Source: the human T2T-CHM13v2.0 reference genome, Homo sapiens. Taken from it: DNA of 64,000 nucleotides. The DNA lies in NCBI RefSeq assembly GCF_009914755.1, contig NC_060926.1; one strand, given 5' to 3'. The notes beneath the pieces were generated by a model. The model worked only from the letters and a program-made list of their open reading frames with translations. It was not told the DNA's origin and ran no database searches. This document shows, piece by piece, positions 13,952 through 32,274 of this stretch (position 1 is the stretch's first letter; the number at the start of each line of letters is the position of its first letter). A program made the translations under genes and the position numbers.

Positions 13952-16900
13952 GTAATTGCTTTCCTTTTTATTTTTATGTTTTAAAATACTTTATTATAAA
14001 ATTTGTGACTGGCAGTAGTAACACTTTATTTAATAGATAATAGTGTATTTAGTCATAATGAATAACCCCAAACTTAAAAGCGTTTAAAGGATTTTCTGTT
14101 TTCCTCTTTTTCAGGTTTGAACACACATACAATATTGGCATACTGTTAAAAACTGTAGGGTGCGGCTTTTATTTGATACTTATCCCCAAATGATCCTAAA
14201 ATTATATAAGTAAAATTATGCCCTTAAGAGAAAAATAAAATATTTTTATTTTTGTTTGTGCTTTTCATTTTCTCCCACAAGTGAGTGTAGGATAGAGACA
14301 TTTTTATGAGAAGGGCATTAAGCATTTTTCTTGGAATGAACCTTTGAAATTGCATCACAAGGTTATTGATTGAACTGCGTGCTGTGTGACTGCCACTAAG
14401 TTAGCACTCTTTGAGCATTGTCTCATTTCCTTCTCACTACAATACTGTGAGGTGAATATTGTGATCATCCCCTTTTACTGATGGGAAAACTGATGCAAGG
14501 GTTACAGGAGTACTGAGTAGCCGAGAAACACAGTACTACCTGACTCAAGTGCGTACTTTTATCCATTTTTACTCCTTAATATTTTTGTCACTCAGAAATA
14601 ATGTTCTTTCCCCTCCTTGTCTTTATGTGAATTTTTACTTGATAGCTTTGATTTTAGGTTATTGAGAAGAGTACTCCTTAAAAACATGTTTTTCAAGTGA
14701 GGAGGTACATTATTACTTTGAAGATACTGGCAAGGGTCAGAGAAACACCCCTAATGTACTATTTGAGTTAATTTAAGTATGTGTGGTGAAATTCTCAAGT
14801 CACAGCTTCTGTTTCTGCATTATCCTTTCATGCTCCTTAAAAGGCAGATTATTATTTAACAGTGGTCTCATTTATCTGTCATATTAAATTTAGAGATTAC
14901 ACTGGAATTTTCTTTGACTTCCTGGTTTGATATATATTATAATTGCTAAAGGACATACACTTTGAAATGCTTAATATGAATTTTTAAAATAGCTTTTAGT
15001 CTTGCATAATTTAATACCAGAAATGTCTTTTTAAAAATAGACGCTTCCAATAAAAAAGGAATCCAATTCACCACTTTTGAAAATAGTCACTAACACGTTA
15101 ACCAAAAATTAAAATTAATTTTTAGTATGAATACCTAGTAGTTTGAAAATGATTTATTTAAAAATACATCAAACTTACTAGGTTTTACTGTTTTCAAAAT
15201 GATATTGGTGAATGGGGTTACGTGTCTCATTAATAAGTTACATTCTTTTTAGGTATATTTACTATTAAATTTAATATTAAAGCTTATTAAACAGATAGTA
15301 TAGTTCATTGGCATACACTGAATTTTATTCTTAATGGCTTTTAATATAAACATGCATCCCTTCTCCTTTGAAATGTTAATCCTCACTAATGAAGGCCCCT
15401 CACTGTCAGATTTTGAAGCCTATCTCTTCTTGGACAGGAATATAAATCTCATTTTTAGGTTTAATATTTAAATAATTTGTGTGCTTAATAAGATTTAAAA
15501 TTTTTTCACTTGTTTTCAAAGAATATTTATTTAAAACCGTGATTTTATATTTTACCAGTTAACGGATAAGCTTTTTGTAAGGTAGACAACATTCTCTTCT
15601 GCAGACACCTTGAATCAGGTAGCTACCAAATATACCTCATAGATTTAAGTCTTCTTTCTAATGAGGATGACTACCAAATACTGTACCCAGTTGTTCTCTA
15701 TACTTTTTGCCTTATTATTCTCACTCTAGCATTTAGCCTCTCAAACCAGCTGACTTTTTTTTTTTCCCAGCTGACAAACTTTTAAGGCTTTTTTTTTTTC
15801 ACACTTTTAATGAGCTTTCAGACCACTTGAGGACTCAGATCTTCTTATGAAAATATTTTCTACCACTTAGTTTCAAAAGCTTCTTAGACCTCTTTGTGAG
15901 CTTGAAATCGTAGTTTAGTTTTGGCTCTGCTGCTGCTTTGTTTTGTAACCTTGAACAAGACTTACCTCTTTGGGTCTCAGTTTTTCTCATTTGTTGAGTA
16001 AGCATGTGTGCATGTATGTATATACAGGGAGAATGCTTATCTAACTCAGTATTCAGGTTTTTGTTTGTTTTTACCTCTGAGGGACAAGCAGTTTTTTTTG
16101 TTGTTGTTGTTCTTATTCTGTAGATGGTTATGTAGAACTTTTTAGTTCTTTCTTTTTAAAACTTTTATTGTGGAAATTCTCAAGCATGCACCAAGTAGAG
16201 ATGTTATAGTGAACTCTTTTGTGTCTGTCACCCAATTTTGACTATTACCAGCTCATGTTCAGTCACAGTTTATGTATAACTGTCAATTTGCCCTATCTCC
16301 TAATTATTTTAAAGCAAATCCCAGACAATTTATGATCTTATCTGTAAATATTTAAATATGTGTAATAACTCCTCTTAAAAACAATCATGACACAATTTTT
16401 AAAATTATCAAATATGTGATCAATGTTCTTACTTTCCTCCTAGTTTCTTAATATTCGTATTTTCCCACTGTTTGGCTCAGTATTTAAAATAAAGTATACA
16501 TGTATTTTGTTGAAAATATCTGCTAAACATTTTCATGTATAGGCTCCCCTTCACCATATTTTTATTCTTTGCTGTTTATGTGTTGAAGAAACCAGATTTT
16601 GACCTTAGAGTTTTCTACAGTTTGAACGTTTTGCTCATTGAATTCCCTTGATTTTATTTAATTGTTCCTCTCTTCTGGTATCTGGAAACTGACCGAACAG
16701 AGGCCTGATTGATTTGGGTTGTTTTGGGTGTGAAGGGCTAGAATAATTTATTAGTGTAGCGGCCATCTGTGATTTTTGCCTATATGTGTTATTTTATTAG
16801 GATTTTGCAAAACTGTATAATTTATATTGAGAACTGTCTCTATCAGCATTTGATTACAGTTCCTTAAAGGGAAGGCAGGTGGCATATATGTTTGATTCTC

Positions 16901-17499
16901 TTTGTCAGTTTTCACAATGACTTAATTTACTAGCATCCTCCCAAGATGATCAATTGTTTTTCTTGAGTATAAAGTCCATCTTTAATGATTAAAGTGTCTG
17001 CTGTTTTGTTGCCCTGCTTGGTTTGATGTCTACACAAAACATTGTATACATACCTGATTAAAGAAGACACCTTGGAAGATTTATGAAGGACTGCTTCCGG
17101 GCAGTAAGGTTAAGACCTCCTCCGTATTTGCCACAGTGCTAACCTTGGCACAGATATTCCACAGTGTATTAACAATAGGTCAATATTAAGGTACCTACCA
17201 TCACAGCGTTTCTGTCAGGTTTTAAAGTTGTCCCTGAACATTGCAAAAGTTCAGTAGGTCTAGTAGTAGTACTACCTCAGAAATAACCCTTGGGTAATAC
17301 TGCTTGGTCACAGCAATGCTAAAAGAACGCTAATGGAATATATATGTCTTCTGCCTGGGTTCAATTGTAAGCTTAAATACTAGTGACTAAAGTCCTTTAA
17401 GTAGAATTAAAATAAATTACCAGTTTCAGTTTTTAGCAGATGGAGTCCCAATATTTGAAAGAATTTGAGTATAAAACTTGGCAATTTATTTGATTTTAT

Positions 17500-17580
17500 T
17501 TTTAATTGATAATAATTTTATCTGATAATTTTAATTGATAAATAATTTTAATTGATAATAATTTTAATTGATAATAATTT
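17500..17580. repeat. AT-rich tandem repeat, ~17-nt unit (ttttaattgataataa)
   Basis: About 5 imperfect copies. Confidence 0.75.
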
Positions 17581-17911
17581 ATGGGGTACAATGTAATGTT
17601 TTGATACATTGTGGAATCATCAAATCAGGCTAATTAACATATCTGTCACCTCACATACTTACCATTTCTTTGTGATGTGCAATTTGGTTTCTTACCAAAC
17701 TTTTCAGGTCTAACTTCACTTTCTCCTTCTAGGAATAGGCTTTAATTAAATTGTTAGAAACATGTGTCTTCTTCCTAAAAGGTTACTTTGTAAACCTTAT
17801 GTTGTTATTGTATAATACAAGCAGGATGATTTCTAATCACCCAACAGTCCTGCTTTCTAAAGATTCTTTCACCAGTGTATAAGACTATTAATTCAAGTTG
17901 TATAGTCTGAA

Positions 17912-18218
<307 letters not shown>

Positions 18219-18436
18219 TTATATAGTCTGAACTCTTCTTGCCTTCAAATGGTTGTCCCCACCCAGGGTCAAGGATTTGATTAACAGCACATTTCTTATA
18301 GCTCTTATAAGTTAAACATTAATTTGAACAGGTTTAATCTTGTATCTGGATTTTAGTTCAGTAGTTAACTACTTCTTGTCTGAGTGTATTTTTCTTAAGT
18401 ATAGAAGTATTTTAATACTAGTACTTAAGTATACAG

Positions 18437-18818
<382 letters not shown>

Positions 18819-18829
18819 TAAAGATTTCA

Positions 18830-19123
18830 GGGCAGGTGTGGTGGCTCATGCCTGTAATCCCAACACTTTGGGAGGCTGAGGCAGGTGGATCACTTGAGCT
18901 TGGGAGTTTGAGACCAACCTGGGCAACATGGTGAAACCCCATCTCTACCAAAAATACAAAAAAATTAGCCAGGCATGATGGTGCACACCTGTGGTCCCAG
19001 CTACTCAGGAGATAGGGTGGGAGGATTGCTTGAACCCGGGAAGTGTAGGTTGCATTGAGCTGAGATCGTGCCACTACACTCCAGCCTGGGTGACAGAGTG
19101 AGACCCCATTTAAAAAAAAAAAA
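18830..19123 (+). mobile_element. Alu
   Basis: Full dimer, head-to-head with the previous Alu. Confidence 0.9.
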
Positions 19124-19285
19124 TTAGTTTATATATATGTAGTAGGCACCATGTTATTCACTGTATTTTTTGATAATTCACTTTTAACATACAGTAAGAG
19201 AGATGGTGCTGAGAACAATTTTTGTTTCTATATTATTATATACAAAGTTTTGAGACTCATATGTGTGTAGAAAAAGACATGTATC

Positions 19286-19606
<321 letters not shown>

Positions 19607-21566
19607 TCATAAATTCCCTATCTCAACTGCAACCCTTGGACAGACTTAAGGACGTATTTCTATTAGACACTTAGCCTTTTGGGAGTGCTGCAGTTAGTTG
19701 GTCACTAGAATATGTAGAAAAAAGAAACTGAGCCTCTCAAAGTCTTAGATAAGATTAAGCTATTTTTGTTCTGTCTGGTGTAAAGTATCAAATGCGTTAA
19801 CTGAGTAAAAACATACAAAGTGACTCAAAAGCACAGCATTTTGAAATGTGGCAGTGTAGATTGAAAACCATGGTTCATTTTTGTCATTAGCTTTAAAAAA
19901 TTTTTTATTTTATTTTATTTTATTGAGATTGAATTTTGCCCTGAACAGTTTTGTGAAGCTGCAGTATTAGAGGTGATATTTAGTCCCAATTCTGTGTCTG
20001 ATCTTAAGGACCTAAAAGGTTAACCTAGTTTCTTTGTATCTCAGTTTTCTCATCTGTCAAATGGAAAAACATAACTATTTTACATATCTGTCAAAATTTT
20101 TTAGAAAAGAGATTTTATTTAAATGTATTTTAAGAGGAAGAGAGATAAAAATGTAATCTTTATAAGTATTTTGCAGATGTGTGGGTGTGGACATGTGTGT
20201 ATCAGGATTACTTCCATTTGCCCTTGTATTAATATAATAATAGAGGGCAATATTCTCTTACTATTTTATCAGTAGTAATGAAGCTGTATTCATTAATGTC
20301 TTAACCGAGAATGTCTTAACTGATTTTAAATCTGTACTTATTTTTGCTTTCAAGGATAGTGCTTAATTATCTTGAATAATGATTTGAGGGTCCTCCCTAC
20401 TCTAAACCAAATTTATTTTGGATGTTGATGATGCTCCATTTCCTGCTGTTGCCCTTTGTCCTGCTAAATCTGGAATATGACTGAAATAGATAGTTTTGCA
20501 GTGAGCTCAGAGTAAACTTCCTTTTCAGAATAAAAGTTTTGTTTCAAAAAGAAAATAGAATTTAGAGGTGTTTTATTCAGTTAAAAGGCAAGTATCTCTT
20601 TTTATACATAGATTTGGAAAAATGGAATTAGTGAATATCTGTTTAATGAGAAAATTATTAACTTATTAGTACAATTTTGGTTATAATCCTAAATAAGTTT
20701 TTAGTAAGATGGACCAATACATATCAACCCTTATAATTTAAGCCACATTTAGTAAGTCTCTGGTATGTGCAAAGTGTGAAAATGGCTCTTGATTTTCTGT
20801 GGCTTAATAACAGCTTTGTATGTAAGGAAGGTAATGTTCTTTGACTCTAAAGAAAAGAAAACAAAATCATTGACAGCCTAGTACTAGTAGTTACCACTTA
20901 CATGTTTATTTTCAGAATTTAGGTATGAAAGCAAGAAATGTATAGTTTATATCAGTGGACCTGAAATGAAAAACGTTGTTAAGATGCATTAACTTTTTAA
21001 ATTCTTTCCTTTTGAGCATCAAACTTTAAATTTCCCTGGAAGAAGGTGAAATTGATAGTACTTAAGTGTAAGTGTGGAGTATAATGTGCAGATGTGTAAG
21101 AGTCTGAAATAATTTCTTGTGTGTTTTTTTTTTTTCTGTTTGTTTCGGACAAAAAAAAACACCGTGGTCTTCCCATGCACAGTTAGCTAGACAAGATCAC
21201 TAACTAGGTTTTCAGGTAAGCATGCTGACTTTTCCATGTTTGTGGGACATTCAGGTAGAAATACTCAATATGTGGAGTTCAGAAGAGAGGTCTGTGCTGG
21301 AAATAAAGATTTGAGAGTTCTCATATTGGGAATTATTGGAGGGTTATTATGAGAATAAGAAGAGAAGAAGGTAAAAGGAAGCCCTGAAGAACATTGTCAT
21401 TTAAGAAGAAGACAGAGTTTTGGAACCAGTCTGGGCAAAACAGTGAGATCACGTCTCTGTTATTTAAATAAATAAATAAATAGGTGACAGAGGAAGAAGA
21501 GTTTGTAAGTTTAAATGAGAGAGGAGCCAGGAGTGACTGGGTTGCCTCAGAAAGTACAGGGATATT

Positions 21567-22420
21567 GGCTGGGTGCAGTGGCTCATGCCTATAATTCTAG
21601 CTCTTTGGGAGGGCAGGGTGGGAGATTTGCTTGAGCTCGGGAGTTTCAGTCTACAGTGAGCTGGGATCATGCCACTCTAGTCCAGCCTGGGTGACAGAGT
21701 AAGACTCTTTCTCACACAAAAAAAAAAAAAGAAAAAAAGAAAAAAGTAGTCAGGGGTGTCAAATTCAACATGGCAGTCAAGAAAAGTATTACGGTCCGCA
21801 TCTGGTGGTTCACACCTGTAATCCCAGCATTTTGGGAGGCCAAGGTGGGAGGATCATTTGAGGTCAGGAGTTTGAGACCAGCCTGGCCAACATGATGTAA
21901 CCTCATCTCTACTGAAAATACAAAAGTTAGCTGGGTGGGGTGGCATGCACCTGTAATCGCAGCTACTTAGGAGGCAAGAGAATCACTTGAATCCAAGAGG
22001 CCGGGGTTGCAGTGGGTCAAATTTGTGCCACTGCACTCCAGCCTGGGCAATAGAGTGAGACTCTGTCTCAAAAAAAAAAAAAAGAAAAAAAGAAAAGCAT
22101 TATGGAGCATGTATTGGATTTGACAGTTTACATATTATTGGCGGCCTGAGGTGGGCAGATCACTTGAGGCCAGGAGTTCGAGACTAGCCTGGCCAAAATG
22201 GTGAAACCCGTCTCTACTAAAAATACAAAAATTAGCTGTGTATGGTGGTGCAGGCCTGTGGTCCCAGCTACTCAGGAGGCTGAGGCAGGAGAATCGCTTG
22301 AACCTGGGGGGCGGAGACTGTAGTGAGCCGAGATCGCACCACTGTACTCCAGTCTGGGCAACAGAGCGAGACTCTGTCTGAAATAAATAAATAAATAAAT
22401 ACATACATACATACATAAAT
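21567..22420 (+). mobile_element. Alu cluster: monomer ~21567-21745, dimer ~21792-22095, 5'-truncated Alu ~22140-22420 with (TAAA)n(TACA)n tail
   Basis: Recognisable Alu arms and tails. Confidence 0.82.
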
Positions 22421-24024
22421 TGATGGCTTTTCCAAAAGCAGTTCTGAAAAGAATGAAAAAGTTAAAAATGCAAGTCCTTATATTATTAATTTTTTATTAT
22501 TAAATTCAACAGACTTAAAATTACTACCAAACTGCTACTAAAGTTTGTAGATAGATGTTTCCTCTTTATCTTTGTACTAACCTGGCCAAGGACCTTTATT
22601 GGTCTGTGTACCACACTTTGTGTGGCACTGCTGTAGAACATCTGAAAATTCTCAGATACCTTAGAATCCATCTGTAAATCCAGAGATCTGTAATTTGAAA
22701 CATATTGCTTTATAAATTGAACTGTCACTGATGATCCCTTGGTAGCAATCCAAATGTGACCTTTGAAATCGAGTAGCAATACTAGTCGCGAGGTAGTTTT
22801 CCCTAATATGCTTAAAGTAATTTAAAAATTAATAAAAACAGGAGTGCAAACTTTAAAAATTTCTATATGGAGCTTATAGACCTCTGAAAATATTTCTGAT
22901 AACTCCGAGCATTCTCGGACCTTAGTTTTAGAAACAAGTCTTGAACAATTATTATATCTGAAATACTTTGATTGCTCTACATTTGCTACAGCTTTTTTTT
23001 CCTTTCTGCAAAATTACGTTGCAAGTTTTGTTACAAGCAAGTAAAGAATTGGGACCAAAGATCCAATCTACTGCAGTCTTCTTTCTAGGCACAATTATTC
23101 ATATTTCTCCTATATGCAAAATGTACTTCATATCTATCTCAAGAACTCCAAAACTCTCATCCAATCATGACACCAGTCTTGAAACATGGGATCTGTGGTA
23201 TATATAGATCCAATTGTGGTTTTTCTTGATATTATGGTCTGTGAACTCAGAGGACACTTGGTATCTGTCCTCTGCAAATCCAGTTGGGCAAATATTGCCT
23301 GGTTTCTCTATCCTCAGGGAAGAAATGTTCCATGATATGAGTCAGTACCTGCCCTGGCTACTCTTCTCTCTTGCTCTTGGCTGTGTTTTCTTGGAGGTTC
23401 TTTTTTTTTTATCCCATCATTTTCCTTTTGCTGTATCTGAAGTGGGCATTGGAGACTACACTTTGTTGTGACTGAGCAGCTCTCTCAGCAGCTTGCCTTC
23501 TGTGTTAGGAAGTCCCCTACAGAAAATGAGGACTTCCCTCCCCTTCTAATTCTTCTGCTTCTAGTTCTCTTTTGTTTAGTTATATTATCTTATAACTCCT
23601 ACATAATATTCTATAGTAATGGAAATAAGGGATATACTTGTCTTGCTCCTCATTTTAGCAGGAAAAAGATTAGGTTTTCCTGTTATGTTAGCTTCAGAAT
23701 TTGGGGCTGAGACATGTATATTTATGTCTGTTTTTTTGTGTATAACCACTTTAAATCATAGATCAGTGTAATTTATAATGTTAGATATTTTATTACCTTA
23801 TTCATTTTTTTCTAGGTCTGCTGATATTTCTCATATTACCTGTTTGCACCTCTTAGAATATATTATACAATTACTAAGAATAGTTTTATGTGTGTATACA
23901 TTAAGATGTGGATAATTAGTCTATTATGTTGTAGAGAAATGATATTCTTAAGACTTCACATAATTGAAAAGAATCACTGTTATTACTTGCTTTAATTATT
24001 GGTATTCAGTAGTTGCCATTTTAA

Positions 24025-24331
<307 letters not shown>

Positions 24332-25192
24332 TAAATATTCTCCTTTAGTAGAATCCTCATTATGCATTTTAAGTAGGTTCATTTGGAATCAGGTGTTCCA
24401 CTTAATTTTCAATAGTCTTTCATTGTTAAAGACGTACAGTAAAATGCTTCTAGGTCAAAGTTTAATGCCTTGTAGTGTTTTAATATACGTTCAGCCTGGC
24501 TGTTGACAAAAACCCTTGATTTCTTCTTATTATTTTTAACTCCTCCACCCCCAACTCTTGATTTCTTTTGTGGAAATATAATTCAGTTTTTTTGTGACAA
24601 TTTTGTCCTGGTCATTCAAAATCTATTAAGATATAGGGAACTATGTAGACTGACTATGAAATGTGCCATAGCCATATTTGAAATCCTTTGAAGGTATCAG
24701 AATTCAGGCAAGGGTTAGTAACACTTGCTTCCTCATCCCTTTGTCAGCTTTTATTTAAAATAATGGAATTTACATTATAATGTGCCACTTTGTTTTCATT
24801 AATGGAAATGAGCTCTACTCAAATATATTTTATACAGACCCTGCTGTCTTAAAAAATGAAAAAATAACTTAGCCATATCTAAGAGATATCAACATTTTTC
24901 TTGATGTTTTGTGACTTACCTTCAGGCTGGTAGTGGTATCTACCCAGATTTAAAGAAGATTAAATGATATACCCATTTCACACAAAAGTCAAGCATTTCA
25001 AAACAGTTTACCTCTGTAAAAAAAAAAATGTTGTTTGATGCATTTAACTGCTACATAATTTTTACTGACACTGAACATTTGAATGGTAGGAAAGGTGTGT
25101 AATTTATGATGCCACTGTGAGGTGAATTTATACCTCTTTTTTATTGAGTGATTTTTGTCTGTTCAAAATACAAAATTTAACCTTTCTAGTGA

Positions 25193-25835
<643 letters not shown>

Positions 25836-26518
25836 TGACTTTTTGATTGGATTTATGTTCTAAGAAAAAATAGTAATATTTTACTTTTATGCTGAGCTTT
25901 AATTTTTTAATTAAGATATATAACTTAATTGTAGAATATTTGAAAAATACAGGTATGCAGGAGGTCAGTTACAGAAAATCTCATTATTCAGAGACTTTTA
26001 GTTCTTTATGGATGTGTAAATTAATTACATTTACTACTACAAATTATTAATATATTTAATTTGAAAAACTTCAACTTGACATGAAACTTGAAGATCATTT
26101 CAAGTTTCATGGAATGTTTTAAACTCCATTTGACAAGTGTCAATGTTATATTAATATGTCTATATATTAATATATACATGTTAATATATTTAATACATTT
26201 ATAGTAATAATATTTTTCTTTCCTAAAGAATTAACTTTAGTCCCGTTTGACTCATTTTTATTGGGTGCCTGCTGTATGCACATGTCCCTTGAATTTTATA
26301 TTTTCCTATTTTTTTATTTGGTTAATTTTTTAAAAATTTATAAATTGTATTTTTAGAGCAGTTTTAGGTTCCCAGAAAAATTGAGCAGAAAGTATAGAGC
26401 ATTCCCATATACCCCCTGTCCCCACACATGCACAACCTTCCCTACCATCTATATCCTGGACCACAATGCGCCCTTTTGATAACTCGACTGACTTCCCAGA
26501 AACACCTGCATCAGAAAC

Positions 26519-26810
26519 TTTTGAGTCAGAGTCTTGCTCTGCTGCTCAGGCTGGAGTGCAATGGTGTGATCTCAGCTCACTACAACCTCCACCTCCCGAG
26601 TTCCAGTGAGTCTCGTGCCTCAGTCTCCTGAGTAGCTGTGATTATAGGGTGGCTAATTTTTGTACGCCTGGCTAATTTTTTTACTTTTAGTAGAGATGAG
26701 GTTTTACCATGTTGGCCAGGCTGGTCTCAAACTCCTGGCCTCAAGTGCTCTGCCCGCCTCAGCTTCCCAAAGTGTTGGGATTACAGGCATGAGCCCCCAC
26801 ACCCAGCCTG
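26519..26810 (-). mobile_element. Alu
   Basis: Flanking duplication cctgcatcagaa. Confidence 0.85.
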
Positions 26811-27014
26811 CATCAGAAGCTTCTTTACCTGACCACCATGTGTGAAACTCCAAGATAAACACAGAATTCATGCAAGAGGACATATTTTACCTAACATTGC
26901 AGATGTGGGCCAGTTCTGCTGATTTTAACTGTGATTTTTCTACAGTATATTGTTCAGACCTGGAACTTTATTAGTTATCTGAATGGATAGTTACATAAAC
27001 TTTTAAGAAGTTCT

Positions 27015-27226
27015 AGCCTGGGGCAACATGATGAAACCTGCCTCTACAGATAATACAAAAATTAGCCGGGCACGATGGCATGTGCCAGTGGTCCCAGCTA
27101 CTCAGGAGGCCGAAGTGGGAGAATCACTTAAGCCCAGGTGGTTGAGGCTGCAGTGAGCCATGATTTTACCACTGTACTTCAGCCTGGGCAATAGAGTGAG
27201 ACCCTGTCTCAAAAAAAAAAAAAAAA
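27015..27226 (+). mobile_element. 5'-truncated Alu (J-type)
   Basis: Partial left arm, right arm and poly-A. Confidence 0.8.
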
Positions 27227-28264
27227 GCTAATAAAAACATACAAAAAGTAAAATTTGAAACCTTTCTCACTAGGAATTGGTGTATTCTAAGCCTATTTTG
27301 TATATATACACCTCTATTACAATATTACTACTTTTGTTTTTGTTAAAGTGGCTTCCAAACCTCTCTTGGATGTGATGGGTTTTCCTTTCATTAAAATTTT
27401 TGCCTTCTTCTATTTAATTGACTATGACTTCATCTGAGGGCATGCTTTTCCAGCTAGAATCAGTTTCCCACTTAGACTGTAGGTCCAGATAATAAGTAAA
27501 CTAAAGCAAGATGGAGGGATGAAGTCATCAGGTATAGCTTAGTGGAAAAGGTAGCATCGATCAAGGTTTTAAAGGATCTATAGTAGCTTAATAGTTACAG
27601 AAGATGTTCCAGGCAAGTGTAAGGCATGACCGAACAAAGGAAGAGTGGTCCTTAAGTATAGATTTTCATTTCTGGTAATAAGGTAGACTAGGTTGTTTAG
27701 ACTTATCCTTCTGAAAATTACTAGAAATTCTGGATAAAATTTAAGAAACATCTTAAAAGCATTGAAAAACTGGCAACATGGTAAGACATCATGAAACCAA
27801 ATCTTAATGAAAGCAGAAACTTAGGTAAATGAAAGTCTCTTTTGCCTGGTGAACTTGAGGTTTTGTTTTCATGGCCTTGTAAGTGGGTAGGAGTTAGAAG
27901 AGGCTTCTGTTCTTTTCAAGATGGGCCTCTCCATAGTACTGAACTTCTAGATTCCCCCAGAGTAAGTGATCAAATAATAATAATAATAAAGAACAATTTA
28001 CAATAATAATAACAAATATCAAATGTAAAGCCAAGGGACTAACCGGAATGAGAAATCTAAGAAAATTTCCCTTCTGATTCCCAAAGCTTACAACTTTGGC
28101 ATAAGGATCAATTAGATTCTAAGCAAACACACTTAACTCTCCTCCCTCCACTAGGACTTCAGGGGAAAGTGCATGAGTGAGAACCAACAGAAGTAGACAG
28201 TAAACATGGATCTAGAAAGACTTCATATGTTGATATTAGAAGGCAGAGATTATAAAATAAATAT

Positions 28265-28505
28265 ACCAGGTACAGTGGCTCACACCTGTAGTCCCAGCAC
28301 TTTGGGAGACTGAGATGAAAGGATCACTTGAGACCAGACTGCGCAACATAGTGAGGCCCTGTCTCTACAAAAAAAATTCAAAAATTAGCCAGGCATGGTG
28401 GTGCATGCCTATAGTCACAGCCACTTGGGAGACTGAGGTGTGAGGATCACTCGAACCCAGTATGTTGAAGCTGCAGTGAGCTGTTGTTGCTATCTCAGAA
28501 AAAAA
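28265..28505 (+). mobile_element. Degenerate Alu (J-type)
   Basis: Dimer with internal deletions. Confidence 0.75.
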
Positions 28506-28519
28506 GTTGAACAGATTCT

Positions 28520-29167
28520 ATATATCACGGAATCTGAAAACATGGATTGTAAGATATGCCATTACTTTATGTAACATTTAGAAAAATGCTGGCAGTTAAA
28601 CTGCAGATTTATAACTTATTTCCTGATGTATGAATTGACCATACCAGGTTCTCATTGTTTTGAAATTTCTCTCATCTTTTCCTAGTGATTTGGCAGTTTC
28701 TCTTGTCTTCGTTTGCATTGTTTGGCTTATGATAGATAATCTTTCCACACATGTATTTCCTTTTCATCTATTTGAGAGTATCTCTCATTTTCAAGTTTAT
28801 AAAGCACTAAGCTTTTCGTCAGAAAACATACAATTGTGATCGTTCCTATGGTAATGAATATTTGCTTCGTTAATGTCAAATTATATCCTGTTGCTCTGTT
28901 CTCAATGCCTTTCTTTGTATACAATTTCATTTTATTGCCTAATCACAGTATAATTTTTTGAAGACATTTTGAGTGGTAGTTAAACTTATGTGTAGTACTA
29001 ACTATACATGTTAATCTAGTGAAGGAATGTCAATATGAAGTCTACTACCAGGTTTGCACATGAACAGGCAAGAGCAAATGTCAGCTACTTCTCTAAGGGC
29101 AATTTTGAGATGCATTTTAATTTCAAAGATGTCAAATGTTAAGAATCTTAGAATCATAGAAATATGA
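28520..29167. mobile_element. Probable ancient TcMar-Tigger remnant
   Basis: Degenerate terminal inverted repeats (tatatcacggaatctgaaa ... tcttagaatcatagaaatatg). Confidence 0.4.
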
Positions 29168-29349
29168 AAAAAGTGACCTGGCAGTTTTGAAAAAGAAATA
29201 GACTATCTTGAAATGGGGGAAAAATTGGAATTTTAAAAAATTGAACGATAAAAGTACATTTTAGAACTTGGTAGCTACAGAATTACTTAGGAAAATTTAA
29301 ATACATATGTTAGAAATAAAAAAGACTAAAACTTAATGAACTAGTCATT

Positions 29350-29866
29350 TGTGGTAGCCAGTCTTCAGATTCTACCTCCTGGTATTCTACCTCCTGGTAT
29401 TTACACTCTTGTATACAATCCCCTCCCACATTGTACCATTGTTGATCTGTGTGATCAGTAGAATTTGGCAAAAGTGATAGTATGTCATTTCCGAAATTAG
29501 GCTATGAAAGGCACTACTGTTTCACCTCAGTTGTTCTTTATTATTTTTTGATTGCTTACTCCGGGGGAATCCAGAAGTTCAGTAATGAGTAGCCCTACGG
29601 AGAGGCCCATCTTGTAAAGAATAGAAGGCTCTTGCGAACTACCATATGAGTGAGCTTTTAAGTGGTTCCTTCAGCCCAGTCAAGCTTTGGTATGACTGTG
29701 TCCTTAGTTGGCATGTTCATTATGAGATCATGAGAAATCCTGAGCCAGAAGCACCAACCTGAGCCACTCTTGAATTCTGACCATAAGAAACAGTGAGATA
29801 ATAAATGTTTGTTGGTTTAAGTTGCTAAATTTTAGGGTAATTTGTTATGCAGGAATAGATAACTAT
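29350..29866 (+). mobile_element. MLT1-family MaLR solo LTR
   Basis: tgtggtagcc start; typical end gagataataaatgtttgttggtttaagttgctaaattttagggtaatttgttatgcagg. Confidence 0.75.
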
Positions 29867-29894
29867 TGCATCATCTGTTTAAGAAGATAAGAAC

Positions 29895-30820
<926 letters not shown>

Positions 30821-31431
30821 AGTTGTACCTTTTTAAATGTGAAAGTTCCCAAATTTATTGTATGTATTTTCAGTTGTTGTGGGAAATATACATATATCAG
30901 AAAGTTGGCATGTACTAAGGAATAGATTTATATTGAACAGGCCACTATCCATTACATAACATCTTGGGATTAGTAGCATAAACACAGTCTGTATCTGGAT
31001 ATACTTTTAATTGAGAATCTGGAAGTGGGATTGAGAATAATAAATAGCTCTTTCTTCTGCAAATCTTTCTAGTAGTAATGGTGTTATTATGAGGAAATTG
31101 TCAGGTTTTTGCAGAAATTACTCATAATGAAATACCAGATCTAGGAAATGATGATCAGTAGTTTCTAGTGTCACAACCCCCACCACCCTTTTTTAAAAAA
31201 CTTTTCCAATTGTATCTATTATCATCCAAGTGAAAAGTGTTGGGATGAATACTTGGTTAGGAAATGCTGACTTCTCCAGTCTTATAATCCTATTATGATT
31301 ATCCACTGTTTCCTATCATTTCCACACTGGAATGATACCAAATGTTATACATCTTTGAACATATCTTGCTGTTTTCTCTCTGTCTGGATTCCTCTCTTCC
31401 CCCGACCCTCCCTGAGAGTATCTGTTTATGA

Positions 31432-32274
<843 letters not shown>
